From Vicinamibacterales bacterium (GTDB taxonomy: Bacteria > Acidobacteriota > Vicinamibacteria > Vicinamibacterales > JAMQPK01), in contig CAVVBP010000012.1 in assembly GCA_963746535.1 (NCBI GenBank), forward strand, positions 636,061 through 700,060: 64,000 nucleotides of DNA, in the 5' to 3' direction. Both the position numbers and the translations under genes were made by a program. Positions 59,916-64,000 of this stretch are shown here, one piece after another. Each line of letters starts with the position of its first letter. Positions within the stretch are counted from its first letter, which is position 1. Under the pieces are notes generated by a model. The model did no database searches. It was not told the DNA's origin and saw only the letters and a program-made list of their open reading frames with translations.

Positions 59916-61041
59916 GTCCACTGCCTGTGCAGCCGCCTCGACGCCATCGTCAGCATGAACGCGGCGTAAGCGGCCAGCGCGACGAGCTGCGGCCAGAACA
60001 CCGCGAGCCCGGCGCCCTTCAGCACGATGGCCCGGAGCGCCACGAGGAAATAGCGGGCCGGCACGATGTAGGTGATCGCCCGAATCGGCGCCGGCATGCT
60101 CGCGATCGGAAACACGAACCCCGACAGCATCATCGTCGGCAGAAACGACGCGAGCATGGCCATCTGAAACGCCACCTGCTGCGATTCGGCGACGCGTCGA
60201 AATCATCAGCCCCAGCCCGAGCGCACCGGCCAGGTACAGCGACAGCGACAGGAGCAGCAGCAGCCACGAGCCGTTCATCGGCAGCCCGAACAGCACCATC
60301 GACGCCAGAATGACGCGCGATCGACGTGCCCATGCGAGATGCAGAAGTACGGCAGCGTCTTGCCGACGATGTAGGCGATCGTGCCGAGCGGCGCCATCCG
60401 CACCTGCTCCATCGTGCCCCGCTCTTTTTCGCGCACGACCGACAGCGCCGTCGAGATGACCGCCGAGATCATGCCGATGTAGGCGATGAGCCCCGGGACG
60501 AGGAACAGCGCGCTGCGCAGCTCGGGGTTGTACCAGACGCGCGGCTCGACGGCAGATCGGCCGGGCCCGACGGCTGGCCGCGCGACGGCTCGCACCTGAT
60601 ACTGCGCCGAAGCGGTCTGCAGGATCCGAAGGGCATAGCCCATGACGGTCGCCGCCGTGTTCGAGTTGTCGCCGTTGATGATCACCTGCACCGGAACGCG
60701 CTGGCCTGTGAGCAGCTCTTCCTGCCAGGCCCGGCGGAATGACGAGCACCACGCGCACGTCGCCGCTGATCGATCAGCCGTTCGTACTCGCGATCGCTGG
60801 TCGACCGATCGCCACCAGATCGAAGTAGCCGGAGTTGACGAACGCCGACATCGAGCTCGCGGCTCGCCGGCGTCCGATCGTTGTCCTCGACGGCCAGCCG
60901 GATGTGCTGCACGTCGAAGTTGAGCGCGTAGCCGTAGAGCAGAAGAAAGAACGCCGGCACGAACAGCAGAACCAGCAGCGACCGGCGATCGCGCGCGATC
61001 TGGCGGAATTCCTTGCGGCCGACGGCGAGCGCCTTTCTCAT
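59912..61041 (-). CDS. ABC-2 transporter permease (YbhS-like); several frameshifts
   Basis: KEFRQIARD, RVWYNPEL, VREKERGTMEQ and LSGFVFPIASMP. Confidence 0.88.
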
Positions 61042-61988
61042 GACGCACGCTCCACCACGTCGAGGAACACGTCCTCGAGCGACGGCATCACGCGATCGAT
61101 GGCCGCCGATCTCAAGGCCGCTGCGCGCTCAGCCGACTCGTCGAAGCGCCGGCACGTCGATCTCGGCCCGACTTCAGCACCGCGTGGACGGCGGTTCCGA
61201 AGATCGTCGTCTTCTCGATCTCCGTCCATCTCGTTCGAGCGCGCTCATCACGTCCACCGGACGGCGCGGAGTGAATCTCGAGGATCGGACGCTCGGCGAA
61301 GACGTGCTTCAGTTCGCGCGACGTGCCGATGGCCGCCAGCTTGCCGGCGTTGATGATCGCGATGCGATGGCAATGCTCCGCCTCGTCCAGGTAGTGCGTG
61401 GTGACGAGAATCGTGACGCCCGTCGCGCGACATGATCCTCGATGAGGCGCCAGAACTGCCGGCGCGAGACCGGGTCGACGCCGCCCGTCGGCTCGTCGAG
61501 AAACACGATGCGCGGCTCGTGGAGGATGGCGCAGCCGAGCGCCAGCCGCTGGCGCCAGCCTCCGGCCAGGTCGCGCGCCTTGGTGCTCTTCGCGCCCCGC
61601 CAGACCGGCCATCTCGACGACGAACTTGCGACGCGTTCGGCGATCCTGGTCGTCCGTCGAGGCCGTAGAGTGCGCCGAAGAACCGGATGTTCTGCTCGAC
61701 GGTCAGCAACTCGTAGAGCGAGAACTTCTGCGACATGTAGCCGATTCGCCGCTTCACCTCTTCCGGATCGCGGCTGACGTCGACGCCATCGACCACGGCC
61801 GTTCCGGATGTCGGCTTCAGCAAGCCGCACATCATGCGGATCGTCGTCGACTTGCCGGCGCCGTTGGCGCCGAGGAAGCCGAAGATCTCTCCGCGCGACG
61901 ACCTCGAAGCTGATGTGATCGACGGCGGTAAAGCGCGCCGAACTTGCCGCGTGAGATCGCGAACGACAATCGCGTCGTGTCCGGTCAT
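61038..61988 (-). CDS. ABC transporter ATP-binding protein; several frameshifts
   Basis: [33 protein letters not shown] and TTHYLDEAE. Confidence 0.88.
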
Positions 61989-63342
61989 CGTCCCAGCGCG
62001 CGGTCGAGCCGCGCCGCGGCCAGTTGCGCGTTGGCCAGCGCGCGGGTCGATCGAGCTCGGCCTGCAGCAGCGCGACCTGCTGCGATCAGCACGTCGGTGT
62101 TGGTCGCAACCCCCGCGCTGAACCGTTCGGCCAGCACGCGTCGCGCTTCGGTTGCCGAGCGCACGCCGGACCGCGCGGCCTCGATCGACGCCCGCGACGA
62201 GTCCAGATCGGCCATCCGCTGTCGGATCTCCACCTGCACGAGACCGTCGAACTCCCTCAAGCGCGCTTCCACGGCCACGCCGGTCGGCAGCCGCCTCAGC
62301 GGTTTCGGCGTGCACGCGACCACCGTCAAAGAACGACCAGCGGACATGGACACCCAGGTCCCACGACGACTGCCACGCCTCGCGCAGCGGAAAAATCTTG
62401 CGATTCGGCCGGGCGAAATCGTACCCGCCCAGCGCAGAGATTGTCGGCAGGCCTCCAGCTCGATGCGGCACTGGCGCGCTCGGAGGCTGCATCGATGCGA
62501 AATTCGCAGCGCCTTGCGCTCGGCCCGATTGGCTTTCGCGAGATCGAATGCCGCGCCAGGCGCTGGAACGGACGTCTGCGGCGGCGGCATGGGAGCGCCT
62601 GGACCCTCCGGGCCGAGAACGGCCGCCAGTTCGAACGGCGCTTCCGGAGTCAAGGCCGACCAGGCGCCGGAACTCGGCCGACGTCGACTCGGCCAGATGT
62701 TGTCGCCTCGATGCTCAGCGTCCTTTGATGCGCCTGCTGCGCTTCGATCGTCAGGACATCGCTCGGCGGAACGAGCCCGACGTCCAACTGATTGCGCACG
62801 TCGATGAGGTGCGCGTTCGATCCGGTCGAGGGCCTGCCGCACGACATCAGCCGCCGCCCGCGCGGTAATCACCGCCCAGAACGATCGCGTGATTTCGAGC
62901 TTCAGATCGGCACGCGCGGCGTCGCGATCCTGGCGCGACGGCCTCGACCTCGGCGCCGGCCGCGCGCGTGAGTCGCCGATACACGGCCCGCCGTGTAGAT
63001 CGGCCACTGCAGGTCCACGCCCGTCTGCACGTTGTTGGGAAGATCGGGATAGATCAGCAGCCGGACACCGGGAACGGCACTCGGCACGCTGAACTCTTGA
63101 ACGTGGTTCGTGCGGATGTAGCTGCCGCGCGCGGCAAGCTGCGGACGGCCCGCGGACTTTCGCTGATCTTCGACGGCGCGCGCGCCCTCCTGGCGGGCGC
63201 TCAACTCGTCGAGACGATGGCTGGTTGCCAGGCCTCGCGATACGGCTTCGTCGAGCGTCAGGCGAACGGATCCGGTCTGAGCAGCGGCATCGGCCGCGGC
63301 CATAAGGGAAAGACTGAGAGCGACGAGCAATCGGCGTTTCAT
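61985..63342 (-). CDS. TolC-family outer membrane efflux protein; several frameshifts
   Basis: Signal peptide, [22 protein letters not shown] and [13 protein letters not shown]. Confidence 0.82.
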
Positions 63343-64000
63343 GTTGTTTCCTTGGAAACACGCGTAATGAACACGTCCTCGAGCGATGTCGGCACCCGCC
63401 GCACGCCGTCCACGTTCACAGCCGCGGCCTGAAGTGCCGCCCGCAGGCGATCTGGATCGGCCAGCTCGGCGCCCGGGCTCGAACCTGACGTGCGCCCGCT
63501 CGCCGAACAACTGCACATCGACCACGCCGGGCAGCCGTTCCAGGACGCCCATGGCGCGATCGCGATCGGCGCAATGACTTCGATCACGTCGCCCTGGAAG
63601 GCCGCCCGCAGGTGGTTCGGCGTATCGAGCGCAAGCAGCCGTCCTTCGTGCAGCAGCGCGACGCGCGAGCATCGCTCGGCTTCGTCGAGATACGGCGTCG
63701 CCATGAGAATCGTGATGCCCTGGCGCGAGAAACTCCGAGAGCAGCTTCCAGAACTCGCGGCGTGACACCGGGATCGACACCCGTCGTCGGTTCGTCGAGC
63801 AGGATGATGCGCGGCTCGTGCACGAGCGTGCAGGCGAGCGCCAGCTTCTGCTTCATGCCGCCCGACAGCGCGTCGGCGAGACGCGAGCGGAACCGGCGTC
63901 AGCTGCGTCAGCTCGAGCAGCCGCTCGCGCCGCTCGCGGATGGCCGGATCGCCCATGCGAAGGCCGTGAATCTCGGCGAAGAACGCGATGTTTTCGTCGA
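63339..64000 (-). CDS. ABC transporter ATP-binding protein, 5'-truncated by window edge; frameshifts
   Basis: [31 protein letters not shown] and SLEDVF. Confidence 0.86.
   Translation of the reverse strand, partial: DENIAFFAEIHGLRMGDPAIRERRERLLELTQLTPVPLASRRRAVGRHEAEAGARLHARARAAHHPARRTDDGCRSRCHAASSGSCSRSFSRQGITILMATPYLDEAERCSRVALLHEGRLLALDTPNHLRAAFQGDVIEVIAPIAIAPWASWNGCPAWSMCSCSASGRTSGSSPGAELADPDRLRAALQAAAVNVDGVRRVPTSLEDVFITRVSKETT

Overview
This GC-rich bacterial window is most consistent with an Acidobacteriota genome, probably Vicinamibacteria. That is an inference from gene content (tandem secreted carboxypeptidase-regulatory-like proteins, a wHTH-TM-PD40 regulator, a cytochrome c-PQQ fusion, GTAG REPs), not a database result. 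Many genes, including his genes, carry 1-nt indels that are densest after about 58.7 kb. This points to long-read consensus errors rather than true pseudogenes. Gene content in order: SNF2 helicase plus type IIG/DrmMI-like methyltransferase; coxS-L-M (form II-like, AYRGAGR); sulfurtransferase; an amidohydrolase lacking its metal ligands; P5C dehydrogenase-like ALDH; four tandem secreted beta-sandwich paralogs; a lone BMC hexamer; thiO-pcd-merR; sixA; rmuC; a quinone reductase; a his operon with a His8 leader attenuator; Cld/ChdC; an ATPase-wHTH protein with operator palindromes; MFS transporters; metF; a Weimberg-type sugar-acid operon divergent from a di-heme cytochrome c-PQQ dehydrogenase, secreted mutarotase and YVTN protein; a solitary integron cassette (dead HigB, intact HigA, attC); a CadC-like sensor divergent from an aspartyl protease; and an ABC-2/TolC exporter. 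Intergenic DNA holds a REP family with covarying stems and several inverted short-tandem-repeat arrays. No rRNA, tRNA or CRISPR array was seen.
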